The notes beneath the pieces are model-generated. The model ran no database searches, was not told the DNA's origin, and saw only the letters and a program-made list of their open reading frames with translations. Made by a program: the position numbers and the translations under genes. This document shows positions 12,998-26,464 of a stretch of DNA of 64,000 nt, in pieces. Source of the DNA: Azolla caroliniana (Eukaryota > Plantae > Polypodiophyta); assembly GCA_043228905.1 (NCBI GenBank), contig JBHGNT010000021.1, positions 10,230,001 to 10,294,000 of the forward strand, read 5' to 3'. How positions within the stretch are numbered: position 1 is the first letter of the stretch; each line of letters begins with the position of its first letter.

Positions 12998-13351
12998 TGA
13001 TAACAAAAGATATATATTATGTGAAGAGCATATACAATAGTCACTAGGAGGCTTAAGACTAGCATTGAACCGATTTGGTTCGAAATAATTCCTTGTGCCT
13101 CCTTTTATAGTGTTCTCAGGAGTACTCTTGAAATTTCTGGAATGTTCTAGAGAAATCTGGAATATACATCAATTTTCTATAGTAAAACTAATATCTTTCG
13201 TATTACAACATATAGTCTAATTGTCAATAGCTCGACCCATGTAACATAAGGTCATGGCTTCGAGTCTTGCCATATCATGACAATCCTTATAAAAAGGGAT
13301 AGGGGAAGCCTGTAAAAAGCTACTCGAATAGTGTTGTATTATCTACATCTT

Positions 13352-16300
13352 TGTTAATACAATTGAAGAGATGGGATCATAATTCTATGAGAAAGATAAT
13401 GCAGAAATACACAACTCTGAACAGAAAACAACAAATGGACAAAATATGCATAGTACACAGGTTTTACGTGGAAAACCTTAGTGGCGAAAACCACGAGAAC
13501 AAAGATCCACTATACAATAGAGAATACTGGAAACGTTTACAACTCTCTCTAAAACTAAAGGATAACCACTTAAGGTTCTTGGCGAGTTCACTAAACTTTG
13601 CCGACGCTCCCTCTCTCTCTCACACACACCTATCTATGCAACACTTTCTATTCTACATACACATACCATAATGTTTGCCCTAGGTATATTTATACTCACA
13701 CACCGTATAGGCTATTTACAAATATAGTTGTTATTATTGTTATCATTAATAATGATAATAATTAATTAACTGACTGATCGACTAGTCGATTCTACTAGCC
13801 GACTCTTGTGTTGACTGTTTAGTCGGCCCGACTAATCGACCTTGTTGTTGATCATTCGGTCGACCCAACTAGTTGATATTGTCTTTGACTTGGATCATCT
13901 ACTATCAACTTTCTCTCAGTTGACTCTCCATGTCTTTAATTGTTGGCTCTCAACCTGACATGTCGACTACTCCTTGTCTTCGATTGTTAGCTCTTCCTTT
14001 GTGAACTATGCAACACTTTGTTGTATTCTACTCTTTCTATTCTACATACACATACCATAATGTTTGCCCTAGGTATATTTATACTCATACATCGTATAGG
14101 CTATTTACAAATATAGTTGTTATTATTGTTATCATTAATAATGATAATAATTAATTAACTGAATGATCGACTAGTCGATTCTACTAGCCGACTCTTGTGT
14201 CGACTGTCTAGTCGGCCCGACTAATCGACCTGGATCATCTACTATCAACTCTCTCTCAGTTGACTCTCCATGTCTTTAATTGTTGGTTCTCAACCTGACA
14301 TGTCGACTAGTCCTTGTCTTCGATTGTTAGCTCTTCCTGAATTGAACAGTCGGCTCCTCCGACACGAGGGACATATTCCTAACAAGCTCCCCCTTCACTC
14401 ATGTGGGAGTCAGCTAGTCCTATCTTTTACCGATTTTCCCTTAAATGACGCAGTCCCGAACGAAGCGATATTGAACGTCGATATGTTTGGAGGCGTTGTA
14501 GTGAACCGGATTTTTTGACAAAGCAACAACACCCTGACTATCGCTGTAGACAACTGGCGCCGAGTCGGAGTCGACTTGTCGAAACGTGTGGGCCAGCCGA
14601 CCGAGCCATAAGGCTTCTTTTGCCATGTTGGACACGACTGTATATTCTGCTTCGGTCGTTGAGGTGGCTGTGCACTCCTGAAGTTTCAACTTCCACGAGA
14701 TTGCTCCATTGCCGAATTTGAAACAATATCTGGTTGTTGATTTCCGACTCCTACAACGTGAGAAATATCAGGTTATTTTGTGACCATCGCGTACATAAGC
14801 GAGCCGACTGCCGGTTCATACGGTACCAACTTCATATCTTCCCCCTTCGAACTGGATGTCGGGCAGTTTCGCTGAGATAGTCGAAGGTTAATGGGGAACG
14901 GGGTCGAGGCAGACTTGGCCGAGTGCATGTTGAAGCGTTCCAAGACACGTCCGATGTAGTCGGTTTGAGACAAGAAAAGTTGTCATTTATCGAGATGCCA
15001 ACTAATCTTCATACCAAGTATGTGTCTTGCCGTGTCCTCAATGGCAAACTTGAACCGTAGTTTTCAAACGAGTTCAGTGAGCTCTCCGACATGCCGACTA
15101 GAGAGTAGCATGTCGTCCACGTAGATGATGAGGAAGACGGGAGACCCGTCTTGAGCTATTTTGGTGAAGAGACAGTGGTCCTCATCGCTCTTTGAGGAGC
15201 CGACCGATTCGATGAAATCGTCGAACTTTGTGTACCACTATCGGGGTGCCTATTTTAGGCCATAGAGACTCTTCTTGAGTCGGCAGACTAGATATTCCTG
15301 GCCCGATGCCACAAAGCTTTTTGGCTGCTCCATATAGATTTCCGCCTGTAGGTCACCATGGAGGAATGTTGTTTTTACATCTAGCTGAATCAGCTCCAAG
15401 TTGTCGGCAGCCACGACGCCGGGCATGAAATGAAGGGTTGTCATTTTCACCGTTGGTGAAAAGATTTCGTCAAAGTCGACGCCATATTCTTGTCTAAATC
15501 CCTTCGCAACTAATCTGGCCTTGTACTTTGGGTTGGTCCAGTCAGACGTCTCTTTTAGTCGATAGACCCACTTACATGGAAGAGCACGTCGATTCTTCGG
15601 TAATTCGACCAAGTCCCAAGTCTTGTTTGCCCGAATGGAGTGCATTTCCGACTCCATCGCCAGATGCCATGTGGCTGAATCGGCAGATGCCGATGCTTCT
15701 TCGTAAGATGTCAGTTCGCTGGCGTCGGTAAAGAAAATTCCAGGAGAGTACCTCTCCGGAGGTTGCGACAGTCTCTCAGATCTGCGAGGTATGACTGGAC
15801 TAGTCGCACCAGGTGTCAATGTCGGATGGTCGAGAGCCGAGCCATTCGGCTGTGCCAAATTGGTGGATTCGGTGCGAGAGTTGTGGGTTACTCGTGAAAC
15901 CGATCTTGTGTTGTGGGCTGGGCTGTCATGAAGGGTTGGCACTTCGGAAAATATTACCCTTCGGACTTCAATAGGCCTTTCGGCCGTTTTATGCATAGCC
16001 GACTCATTGAACACGACGTCCGAACTTCGGACGATTTGTTTGTGCTCGGGGTCCTAGAGTCGGTATCTGATCTCGCCGTCGGGTCCATACCCAAGGAAAA
16101 TGCATTTCCTTGATCTTGGTTCGAGTTTTCAGCGATCGTCTTTTGGCATGAGGGTGTATGCCTCACAACCGAAGATCCTCAACTTGTCATAATTCGGCTT
16201 ACTGCCGGTCCATATTTCCTGAGGTATTTGAAGTCCTAGAGGTCTACTTGGCAACATATTTATTATGTGTACTGCCGTAAGTAGAGCCTCCGCCCAAAAG

Positions 16301-19148
16301 CCATCCGACAGGCCGGACTTATGGAGCATGGATACTACGCGTTCTTGAATCGTGTGATTCATGCGTTCAACAATTCCGTTCTGCTTTGGACTATAGGGTG
16401 CCGTATATTCACGTTGAATGCCACGTTCCCGACAAAATTTGACGAATTCCCCCTTCGTTGTCGGTTCGTAGACATTTCAGTTTTCGACCGGTCTGATTTT
16501 CGACCATTGCAACCCAATCAGAGAAGATCGAGAACACCTGATCTTTGGTTCTGATGGGGTAAGCCCACACCTTCCGAATCGAGTCGTCAATAAAACTGAC
16601 GAAGTACAAAGCACCGTCGAGAGACTGATGTGGCATCGGGCCACAAATGTTTGAGTGGACCAAATCGAGGGGACTCGATTCTCTTGGTGCTGATGTCGGG
16701 TGTGATGCGGCTACCTGTTTGCCGTACTGGCAATGCTTGTAGAATTGGTGATCCGAGAAGGAGAGTTTGGGGATGTAATCGGCTCTGGATAGGTGCGTTA
16801 TGCCGGCCTTACTGAGGTGTCCAAGTCGTCCGTGCCATAATGATGACATAGGGATATCAACCGAAAATAAGTCACCCTCTTTGAGTGTGACATATGAAGG
16901 ATACAAGGAATGTACCTTTGGTCCTCGAGCAAGCAGGAGGTTCCCTTTCTGGAGTGTCCACCCTCCTGATGAGAATCCGGCACGGATGCTGGCTTCGTCA
17001 AGCTGTCCGACTGAGATCAAGGGTCTTGAGAGCTCATGAATGTGTCGGACGTTGTGTAGTTCGAGTGTAGAGCCACCCGGAAGGTTGAGCTCTACGGTGC
17101 CGATTCCGATTATAGCACAGTGCTGCGAGTTGCCGACTCAAACTGAGTCGGAGTGTTGGTCCGAGTATTGCCGAAACTGAGATCGGTGAGGTGTCACATG
17201 ATATAATGCGCCCGAGTCCAGGAGCCATGTGCTCGATTCCTCATTCGTAAGCAGAACTTCTGATTTGATTGGATTCTCTATGGACAGTATGTTCGGGTCG
17301 GTCGTCAAAGTTTCGGCTGAAGAGCCGACGTAGTTGACCTCCTCATGCCGGCTACTCTTCTGATTCGCCCTTCGAACTTTGTTGGTTTTTGCTTTGAGTG
17401 CTCGACAGTCAGCTTTGATGTGCCCCGGTTTTTCGCAGTAGTTGCAGATTCGGTTGTTCCGAGACTTGCTCTGGCTTCGTTGATTGTTCGACGGTCGGGA
17501 AGAACTTCTTCCCCGGTTATTCGATCGGTCGGTCGAACCTTGTACTACGTAAGCTTCATCTACCGAGTCTTTGGCGAAAGACTTTCTCTGAGCTGCTTTA
17601 GTCAGGATTGCGCTCGTGACTTCGGAGTACTTAACGGCAGGTGTTGAAGCATTGCAGACGGTTGTAACGAAAGTTTCCCATGAAGAGGGAGACTAGTCAT
17701 GAGTATCATTGCTCTGAGTTCATCCTCGATTGCCGTCCCCTGAGACGAGATTTGGGAGTTTATGCTTTCGTACTCGTTAAGGTGTGCCTGAACCAAATCG
17801 GATTCTTTCATTCGCAAGTGGTAGAGACGCCGGATCAGATACATCTTCTTCGCGACGACCTTCTTTTCATAAGTTTGACAGTGTTTTCCAAAGTTCAAAA
17901 GTTGTTGTGCATGATTGCACTGTGAAGTACATTGACTCTGACAAGTGCATCCGAATCGTGGCGTAGACAATTCTGTCCAGCTTTAGCCACTCGTTTGCCT
18001 TGTATGATTCTAGAGGATTTTCACTCTCAATCGGGTCTATCTGACCCTTGACTATGAGATAGTCCTGCATTTGTTCCTTCCAGAAATTGAAGTTCGAACC
18101 GTCGAACCTCCTTAGACTCATCTCCGATGAGCCGGATGTTGATGCCATCTACTTCGGTTTCAGTTGGTAAGACTCGGTTCGGAGTTGACAACGAACCTTA
18201 GTAGGGTGCAGCCGGTCGGCTCACCCGATATCATTCTAGTTGGTTTTGAACCCAAGTCGATTTGGTTTCGGATACTTGTTGCTAAACTTGCTCGGAGTGA
18301 CTCCGATAACTTGAGGGACAGAACCGGCTGGTCTTCCCGAATGTTGCCAAGTCGGAGTGAGCCCGTTAGCTTCCGATTGTATGCCGAATACCAATTACAA
18401 GAAACCAATTGTTTGGGCCGATTCTGCTTCGGATGACTACAACGATGAGAGGGACGGATCCAACTGATCCTCCCGACTGTCGATCAGCCGAATGAAGCAC
18501 GAATTTGGTTGTTGTTAGGAGACCAATTTGCAGCGGGTGGTTACAACAAGCGAGTGAATAGCGTTCGGTGACCTATTCGGATGTCGTTTAACCGAATGAA
18601 GCATGATTGGGTCGGGTGTTGCACAGGGAGCTCCCCTCAAGCGGTTACAATCACAGGAATAGAGTACAACTAACTGGCTTACTCCAATTTGTGATTTAAC
18701 ATAGTTAGATGCGAGCTTTTTGTTTTACTTCTCCCTTCTCTGTTCTTCAAAGAAAACGAAAGCAGAATGTTGTGTGTTGTACTATGACGGCCGACATCAG
18801 CTTAAAGAACCTCCAACGCTCTGATACCAAATGTTGGGGACAAGGCTGTCAATGCGGAAGTGCAAGCAACATTCGTCATGAAGAAGAACCTGTGTATGCG
18901 CATAAGCAAGATAGACACACAAAGAGAGAGAGAGAGAGAGATAGGCACAAAGAAAAAACGTTATATTCCAATAGCCAAACGTTACAAGGAACGACAACCA
19001 ACCTTTTCTAAAGGTTACAAAGTCACTTTATATAGTGACTATCCTAGGGCAATTGTGATTTATGCTATTTACAGAAATAGGCCAAACTTGGGCTGTCCAA
19101 AGGGATAGTGTGAATACAGCCGTTATACAGTCGTATTCGACAGGTCGG
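13352..19148 (-). mobile_element. Near full-length degenerate Ty1/copia (Tork/Tnt1-like); 3' LTR 13352-14384 with internal ~370-bp duplication, 5' LTR from 18832 interrupted at 19149
   Basis: PBS iMet 18818-18829; gag RRFDGSNFNFWKEQMQDYL; LWHGRLGH, LVHSNICGP, FWAEALLTA, YKARLVAKGF, QLDVKTTFLHG, STTEAEY, KHIDVQY; PPT GAAGGGGGAG at ~14386-14395. Confidence 0.9.
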
Positions 19149-19514
19149 TGTCACAATATTCCACGTGTATGTGTCGGAACGGGGCGGGACCACCGGGGTC
19201 TTAAACTAAGGAGTCGGTGAAGAGAGGGAGTGGAGTTTAATTGGATCGTTTCCGGATAACTTTGCCGGCACACAGGCTCGGGCACGCCACTGATCCAAAC
19301 TGGCCACCGAACACCGAATGAAGAGCACACATGCTTGGGTTCGTAAGCTATTCCGGACTAGTGGCCGGATACCAGCTGATGAGAACATGGGCTCGGAACA
19401 CAGACAACGCGTGAGGCAAGAAAAGAAAACAGAAAGGGGAACATGAGCTCAACACCGAGAGAAGAATCGAAAATAGCAAAACAAATGGATTATACAACAA
19501 CGGAATACAACCGG

Positions 19515-22500
19515 TGTCGTGAAGAAAACCGGCCATAGGCGGAATCGGAGAGAAAGCGCGTAAACCGGCCCTTACACGGATGAATGCATGACTGGATACT
19601 TTGCACGCGAACCGGTGGATGTAACTACTAAGCCGCACACATTTATGAGAGGGGATTGTGCGTATCCCGGTCAAGGGGGGGGGACAGGGAATAAAGGCAA
19701 GGGTGGAAGAGAAGAACAAAAGGCGCGCAGGGAGGGAGAAAGGGGGGGTTGCAGAACGGAAGGCGGAGCTCTCTCTCTTCGACTTGAATCGTCGCTCTCT
19801 GCGAGTGTCGGGAGGTCGCTGCCTCTGCTTCGTGGACAGCCCGTGTGCTTCTAGCAGAGTCGCTCCCCTTCCCCCTTTGTTTCCTTGAGTCGGTGACTGT
19901 TGTCAGTGTGCGTGAGTAGGGTCCCCGTGTCGGGCCCGTCGCCGCTTTGTCGGTTGTAACCGTCAGAGTTTGTAATCTCTGTCATTATAATTAAGTGTTG
20001 CATTCTGTTTCTCTCTCTCTCGCTTCTACGTGTCGGTGAATCTTTCTCTCTCTTAGTCTCTCTCTCTCGCTCCTCGGTCCAAGACCCCCGTGGTCCTGCC
20101 CCTTTCCTACACGTACGCGCGTAACAACGCGACATATTTGGTGAACCCGACGTGAACAGGGCAGCAAAGGAGTCGAAAGATGAGGGGATCAAAGCTAGCA
20201 GAGGCAATGGTGGTGGTCGTCGACCGGCTGGTGAGCGCTCGTGAGGGAACGGGTACCCTTGACAGAGCCATTGAATCGATCGTCGGTTCTATATGCCGTT
20301 TCGGAGGGAAAGACGCCACAAGTTATTTGGAGGCTTACCGGGCCGAAATGATCCTGAGGGATATCCCGGTGGATAGGCGGTTGTCTGGATTCCCTCGGGT
20401 GGTGACGTTAGGCATCCATGCGGAGGTGCTCGAGGTGCTGGCCGGATGCCAGACTTGGGAGGAGTTCGAGCTGCAGCTCCTCGAGAAGTACGGGTTTGAC
20501 AACTCGCTCTGACTGTCAAGGTAGGACTTCATGGTGTGGGTGGAAAGCCCTGGAAAAGGGAGGAACACGTCGGTGCTCCTCCAGGAGTTCGAAAAACGGT
20601 TCGCGTGGCTGTCGACGTTGGACTGGACGGTGCTCGAAACGAGTCAAGTGCTGCTGTTTGTCAAGTCGGTGGATGCGCTCGACAGGGAAAAGGTGGGTCC
20701 CCTACTGGAAACGGACGAAGGGCTCACGACGGATTGGGCCATGGTAAAACGGGTCTACAGCCGTTTCGACAAACGGCGCGATTGGAGCGACGGAAGCGCG
20801 TCGGGGTCGGGGCCGTTCCCGGGGAGGAGGCTCGAGGAGCCGGTTTCGGTGCCGGTTGGGAGGAAGGAAGAGACCCGAATCTGGCCGGAGTCGAGGTCGG
20901 CATCGAACGACGTGGTCAGAGGCCCGTCCGGAGGAGTAGCTCTGGAGGAGTTAACACAGATGGTGCGCGACCTGCAGATTGCATAGGCCCGAAGAGACAG
21001 CGGTGAACAACCTTGCGATCGGAGGCCGCCGGCTGGGCAGCGGTGCATGTGGTGTGACGCGATCGGTCTCATTCGGAAGGATTGCGCGGATTTCGCCGAC
21101 GCGCTCAGGACCAACGTGGTGTACCTCTAGAACGGGCGGGTGCACGCGAGCGAGACCCGGAGAGCCTTGGAACTGAATACGGGGCACGACGGCATGAAGA
21201 GGTTGATGGAAGAGGCCGCGGCACGGCACGTCGAAGCCGTTAACTACTCAGTGTCGACGCGAATTCGGGTCGGGGGTGATGAGACCCGAAAGGCGAAGGA
21301 CTCCGGATTCTGGCCGCTAGTGCTGGAAGGCCTCTCTGGAGTTCGGCTGAGAAAGGAAGAGGCGGACCGCCTGGAACAGCGGGTCCAGGAGGTCACCGGT
21401 TGGGACGATCCGGTGGAAGAGAAAACGGGCTTCGTAGAAGCCACTTGCCAGAACTACGAGGTTCTGGTGGAGGACAAACAGGCAGGAAAGGCCGGAGGGG
21501 TCGGCCCCCCGAGGTATGAGACTCGGTTTGAACCGAAACCGACCAGTGCCGACAACCCAGGCGTGCCGGATGGGAAGAAGCAGGCGGGGTTTCAGTTGAG
21601 CACCGAAATCGAGAGAGCAACGGACCTACGAAAGGTCCTTGAAGAGTGAATCCTCGACAGTAAAGTGGAGCTGTCATTGCGGGAGGTGCTGGGGATCGCC
21701 AAGAGGGAGTTCCACAACTCTATCGTAGACTTGGTGAAGCGTAAGAGGCTCTCGACGGAGCCGGAACCGGAGAAGCCTGTGGAGGTGCGGACCACACACT
21801 TGGAAGACGAAGCCCTGGAAGACGAGCTGGCGGGAAGCCACTACACGAAGCCGCATTGGGCCAGGGCGACTACGGAAACCCCTGTACGGATCATCAACGT
21901 TCTGGAACCGGTGGTGGCGTTGGTAGACCATGGATCCGAAATCAACCTGATGTCCATGGATTTCTACAAGAAGGGTAATTGGCCGATCAACACCAAGCAC
22001 AGATGGAAGATACGGGCAGCGACGCGCGCCACGGAAGAAATACATAGGGCCTGTCCGAACGTACGGGTGAAAATCGGCGATGTCGAGATCGACCAACACT
22101 TCTTCGTGCCGGAGACGTCCTCGCATCCGGTTATACTAGGAGAGCCATATATCACGGCGGCACGAATGGAGACCAAGGTGCTGGACAACGGTTCAGCCTA
22201 TGCAAGAATCAAGAACCAAGACGGGCGTCACTCGGTCCAGTTCCTAACGGTGCGACCAAATCACGAGCGTAACCGCGAGGCCCTCGGCAGCGAAACCCGA
22301 GGGGATTTTTAGAGAGGGCTATCAAGGCGTGGGGCCGCGATAGTCCGGACTCCCGAGAACAACCCCACAAATGTACAGTACGGAAGAAGACTTGTACCAT
22401 GGGTAGGAAGTTTTGGTTCACCGACAACGGAGGTTGTACTATAACCAGCGTCAGCGGCCGGGAGAGGAAGCGAGCAGAGGAGCAACTCAAGGGATGCGAA

Positions 22501-25500
22501 GTCCTCTTCCCCGACGAAGACATCAGCGGCGCCGTGGAGGCGGTCTCTTTTGACGACACCTTGGGCGAACTACGAAAGGTGATCGATGAAGACCTTAGAG
22601 AAGACCGGACCGTTCCAGTAGGGTCGATGGGAATGTACGAAGTCATCGAGGACTTCGGGGAAAGGATCGGGTCGGATTGGACGGCCCGCGTGGATACAAA
22701 ATACAAGACTGTGGACCGGAAGGTGAGGCCAGTCGCGGCACCCTTACCGGAGGGCAGCGAGGAGTGGATAAAAGGGGTCGCGCGTCGGACCCAAGTTTAC
22801 AAAATCCGGTTGGCATAGGGCACCGGTTCACCGACATAACGCTACGGGAGCTCAAGGTCGGTGGGGGCGGCTTTCTACTGCCGGCAGAGGAGGACCGGTT
22901 CCGGAGAATGCTCGGGAGGCACAGGAAGACTTTCGCATTCTCACCGGAGGAGATCGGGTGTGTAGACCCGATAGTTGTCGAGCCGATGGTGATCTTCACG
23001 GTGCCGCATGTACCGTGGAATCTCAAGCCGATTCCGGTACCAAGAGCTCACATCCCGAAGTTGATGGAGCTCCTGAAGCAAAAGGTGGAGATGGGCATCC
23101 TCGAACCGTCGAGTGCCCCGTATTCGAATCGATGGTTCACGGTGTCGAAGAAGAACGGCACGTTGCGCTTCATTTAGGACCTGCAACCGGTCAACAAGGT
23201 AACCATCCGTAACGCAGGAATCAAACCGACCGTAGACGAGTTCGCAGAGGCTTTCGCCGGAAGGTCGATTTACTCTGTCGGTGATCTGTACTCGGGGTAT
23301 GATCAGTTCCAACTAGCCGTGGAAAGCCGAGACATTACGACGATGCGGACTCCTCTCGGCCTGGTGCGGATGTGTACCCTACCACAAGGAGGGACGAACT
23401 CAGTGGCTCACATGGTGAACACGATGAACAAGGTGCTCAGGGACTGTATCCCGGACATCACCATGCCATTCTTAGAAGACATCCCGATCAGGGGATGCCC
23501 GGTGGAGGAAAAGGACGAGGCAGTCGGGCCGGACGGATGTCGAAATTTCGTGGCGACTCACATCGATGATTGCGAGAAGGTGCTGCAGTGACTAGAAGGC
23601 GCGAGGCTCACCTTCTCTGAGGAAAAGTCGGCCTTCGGACAGTTGGAGATCTTGGTGGTCGGACACCTGTGCGGGCCCTACGGTAGGAAACCATCTCCGG
23701 CAAAGGTAGAGGCCATCTCCGCGATGGGGAACGATTGCTGGTCGGTCACGGAGGTCCGCAGATTCTTGGGAGCATGCGCGTTCTACCACATCTCGATCCC
23801 GCACTACGCACATGTCGCGGAACCCCTCTACGGACTATTGTAAAAGGGGCATAGCTTTGAGTGGAGGACGGAGCACACGGAGTCGGTTCGGAGACTAAAG
23901 GAGGCGCTTATGGCAGCGCCAGCTCTCCGTAAAGTGGTTTACGGCAAGGATGTTCCCATTTGTGTGACGGTGGATACCAACCCGATCGGGATTGGGTGGG
24001 TAATCAGTCAAGAGGACAAGGACGGCGTACGATTCCCGATCCGGTTCGGGGCGAAGGTACTGAGTGAGCGGCAGCGAGGGTACGCCCAAGTTAAGCGCGA
24101 ACTTTGGGGTGTCGTTTCGGCAGTCAAGGCCGACAAGGATTATCTGATCGGGACGGAGGTGATTATCGAGACGGATTGCATGCCGATACTCGGCATGGTT
24201 TCCGGATGCGCGACGCCGGACCTAGCAATGCTCCGGTGGATAGCGTACATTAAGTCCCTGAACCCGGAGATACGACACATCTCCGGAAAGGACAACGCCA
24301 TGGCCGACATGCTCTCGAGGGCAAGGTTCAACGATGAAGACGGCATGGCATGGTTTCGGATGACGAAGAAGTCGGCGAGGACTTCTTCGGGTCGGCTAAC
24401 ATAACGACAAGGAAAGGGAACACTCCGGCGCTTAACGGATTTGACGAAAGCAGGTACGACGGGGAGTGGCTCCAAATCGGGAGGTTCCTACGGACGATGA
24501 CGCCGGACGCAGCATGGGCAAGAGAGGAGGCGAGCCGGATACGGAGGAAGGCGTACCGATTCTTCCTCCGAGATGGGTGCATATGGAGGCACCCAAAGAA
24601 GAGAAGCGGCATCCCACTCCGAGTAGTGGCAAAGGAAGAAGAGCAGGGGAAACTACTGGCGGCATTCCACGAGAGCCCATGGGCCAGACACTGCGGAACG
24701 TGGGCCATGTTCGAGAAGCTGAAGGAGAAGTGCTGGTGGCCGGGGCTATACCAGGACGTGCATCGGTTCGTAACGACTTGCGAAAGCTGTCAGGTGTACT
24801 CCGTAGTCTGACACCGGGACGAGCTACACCCGACCTACCCGCCTACGGTTTATTTCAAGTGGATGGTGGACTTGGTGACGATGCCGATTGGGGTAGGATA
24901 AATGCGATACCTGGTGCTTGCATGGGAAGACTTAACGAACCAGGTGGAAGGCCGTGCACTGCAAAGCAAGACAACCGCGGCGGTATGCCAATTCCTGATC
25001 GAAGAAGTAGTGTGTTGGTACGGGTGCGTTGGGAGGATCGTGGCGGACTGGGGAGAGCTGGATGCGCGGGAGGCCGAAGAGTTGTTCGACCGGCTAGGCG
25101 TCAAACTCTCCCTCACCACGGCGTACAATCCGGAGGCAAACAGAAAGGTGGAACATGGGCACAGACCGATTGTAAAGGCGTTGGTGCGTGCATGCGGTGG
25201 GCAGGTCGGGAATTGGCCACGACTCCTTCCTTACGCACTATGGGCGGACCGAACTACGCACAGTTCGGTGACAGGGTTCATGCCGGCGGAGCTGATGTAC
25301 GGACAAAAGCCGATCATGCTGGTGGAGCGGATGGTTCCTTCGTGGGCGATGGTAGATTGGAAGGACGAAATGAGCCGGGAGAAGTTGCTGGCGACGCGGA
25401 TTCGGCAACTCGAGCGGAGGTCGGAGGACGTGATACGAGCGAAGGAAAAGCTGAGAACGGCGAGGGAGCGGAACAAGACCCGGTTCAACCAGACGCACCG

Positions 25501-26464
25501 GTTGCAACCAAAGAAGATCGAGGAAGGCGACTGGGTCCTGGTATACGACAGCAGCCTCGACAATCAGCACAAGGCGGTGCGAAAGTTTGCTAGGAGATGG
25601 TGCGGGTCCTACATGGTGACGAGCGCGAACGGCAACGGCACATACCACCTCGCGGAACTCGACGGGACACGGTTAGCGGTGCCGGTGGCCGACGAGCCGG
25701 AGCCTGTGAGCGGGAGCGACAACGACAATCAGTTCGGGTCCGGCGGAGAACCGGAGAGCAACGAGTGAGGCCGGTTTTCTTCGATATCTACCCAGCTCTG
25801 GCGCATGCTGGTGGATGCGCGGTTTGGTGGGGGTGGATGTCGTGAAGAAAACCGGCCATAGGCGGAATCGGAGAGAAAGTGCGTAAACCGGCCCTTACAC
25901 GGATGAACGCGTGACTGGATACTTTGCACGCGAACCGGTGGATGTAACTACTAAGCTGCATGCATTTATGAGAGGGGATTGTGCGTATCCCGGTCAAGGG
26001 GGGGGGGGGGGGGACAGGGAATAAAGGCAAGGGTGGAAGAGAAGAACAAAAGGCGCGTGGGGAGGGAGAAAGGGGGGGCTGCAGAACGGAAGGCGGAGCT
26101 CTCTCTCTTCGACTCGAATCGTCGCTCTCTGCGGGTGTCGGGAGGTCGCTGCCTCTGCTTCGTGGACAGCCCGTGTGCTTCCAGCAGAGTCTCTCCCTTT
26201 CCCCCTTTGTTTCCTTGAGTCGGTGATTGTCGTTAGTGTGCGTGAGTAGGGTCCCCGTGTCGGGCCCGTCGCCGCTTTGTCGATTGTAACCGTCGGAGTT
26301 TGTAATCTCTTTCATTATAATTAAGTGTTGTGTTCTGTTTCTCTCTCTCTCGCTTCTACGTGTCGGTGAATCTTTCTCTCTCTCAGTCTCTCCTTCTCGC
26401 TCCTCGGTCCAAGACCCCGGTGGTCCCGCCCCTTTCCTACACGTACGCGCGTAACAACGTGACA
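19515..26464 (+). mobile_element. Full-length tRNA-Trp-primed Ty3/gypsy (Phygy-like) element; LTRs 19515-20134 and 25838-26464
   Basis: Highly similar LTRs TGTCGTG...GACA; PBS TGGTGAACCCGACGTGAA (20139-20156), complementary to the plant tRNA-Trp 3' end; G-rich PPT 25821-25837; flanks CCGG/CCGA. Confidence 0.95.
20180..25768 (+). pseudogene. gag-protease ORF1 (to 22312) and RT-RNaseH-integrase ORF2, with multiple nonsense mutations and frameshifts
   Basis: CMWCDAIGLIRKDC knuckle variant, LVDHGSEINLM protease, DLYSGYDQF / LPQGGTNS RT, VTVDTNPIGIGW..KRELWG RNase H, HESPW..CESC / YNPEANRKVE integrase. Confidence 0.92.

Larger units (their letters stand above)
9897..13210 (-). mobile_element. 5' part of a Tf1/Tcn1-like gypsy element: LTR 12847-13210, non-tRNA PBS, gag (12750 to ~9900) split by a solo LTR
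   Basis: LTR TGTTG...TGACA with TATA; gag coiled coil + KEPKIGLPMKFDGT continuing after the insert as RS*FRGFLNQVRL; knuckle CLYCSGPGHIAMNY. Confidence 0.8.
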
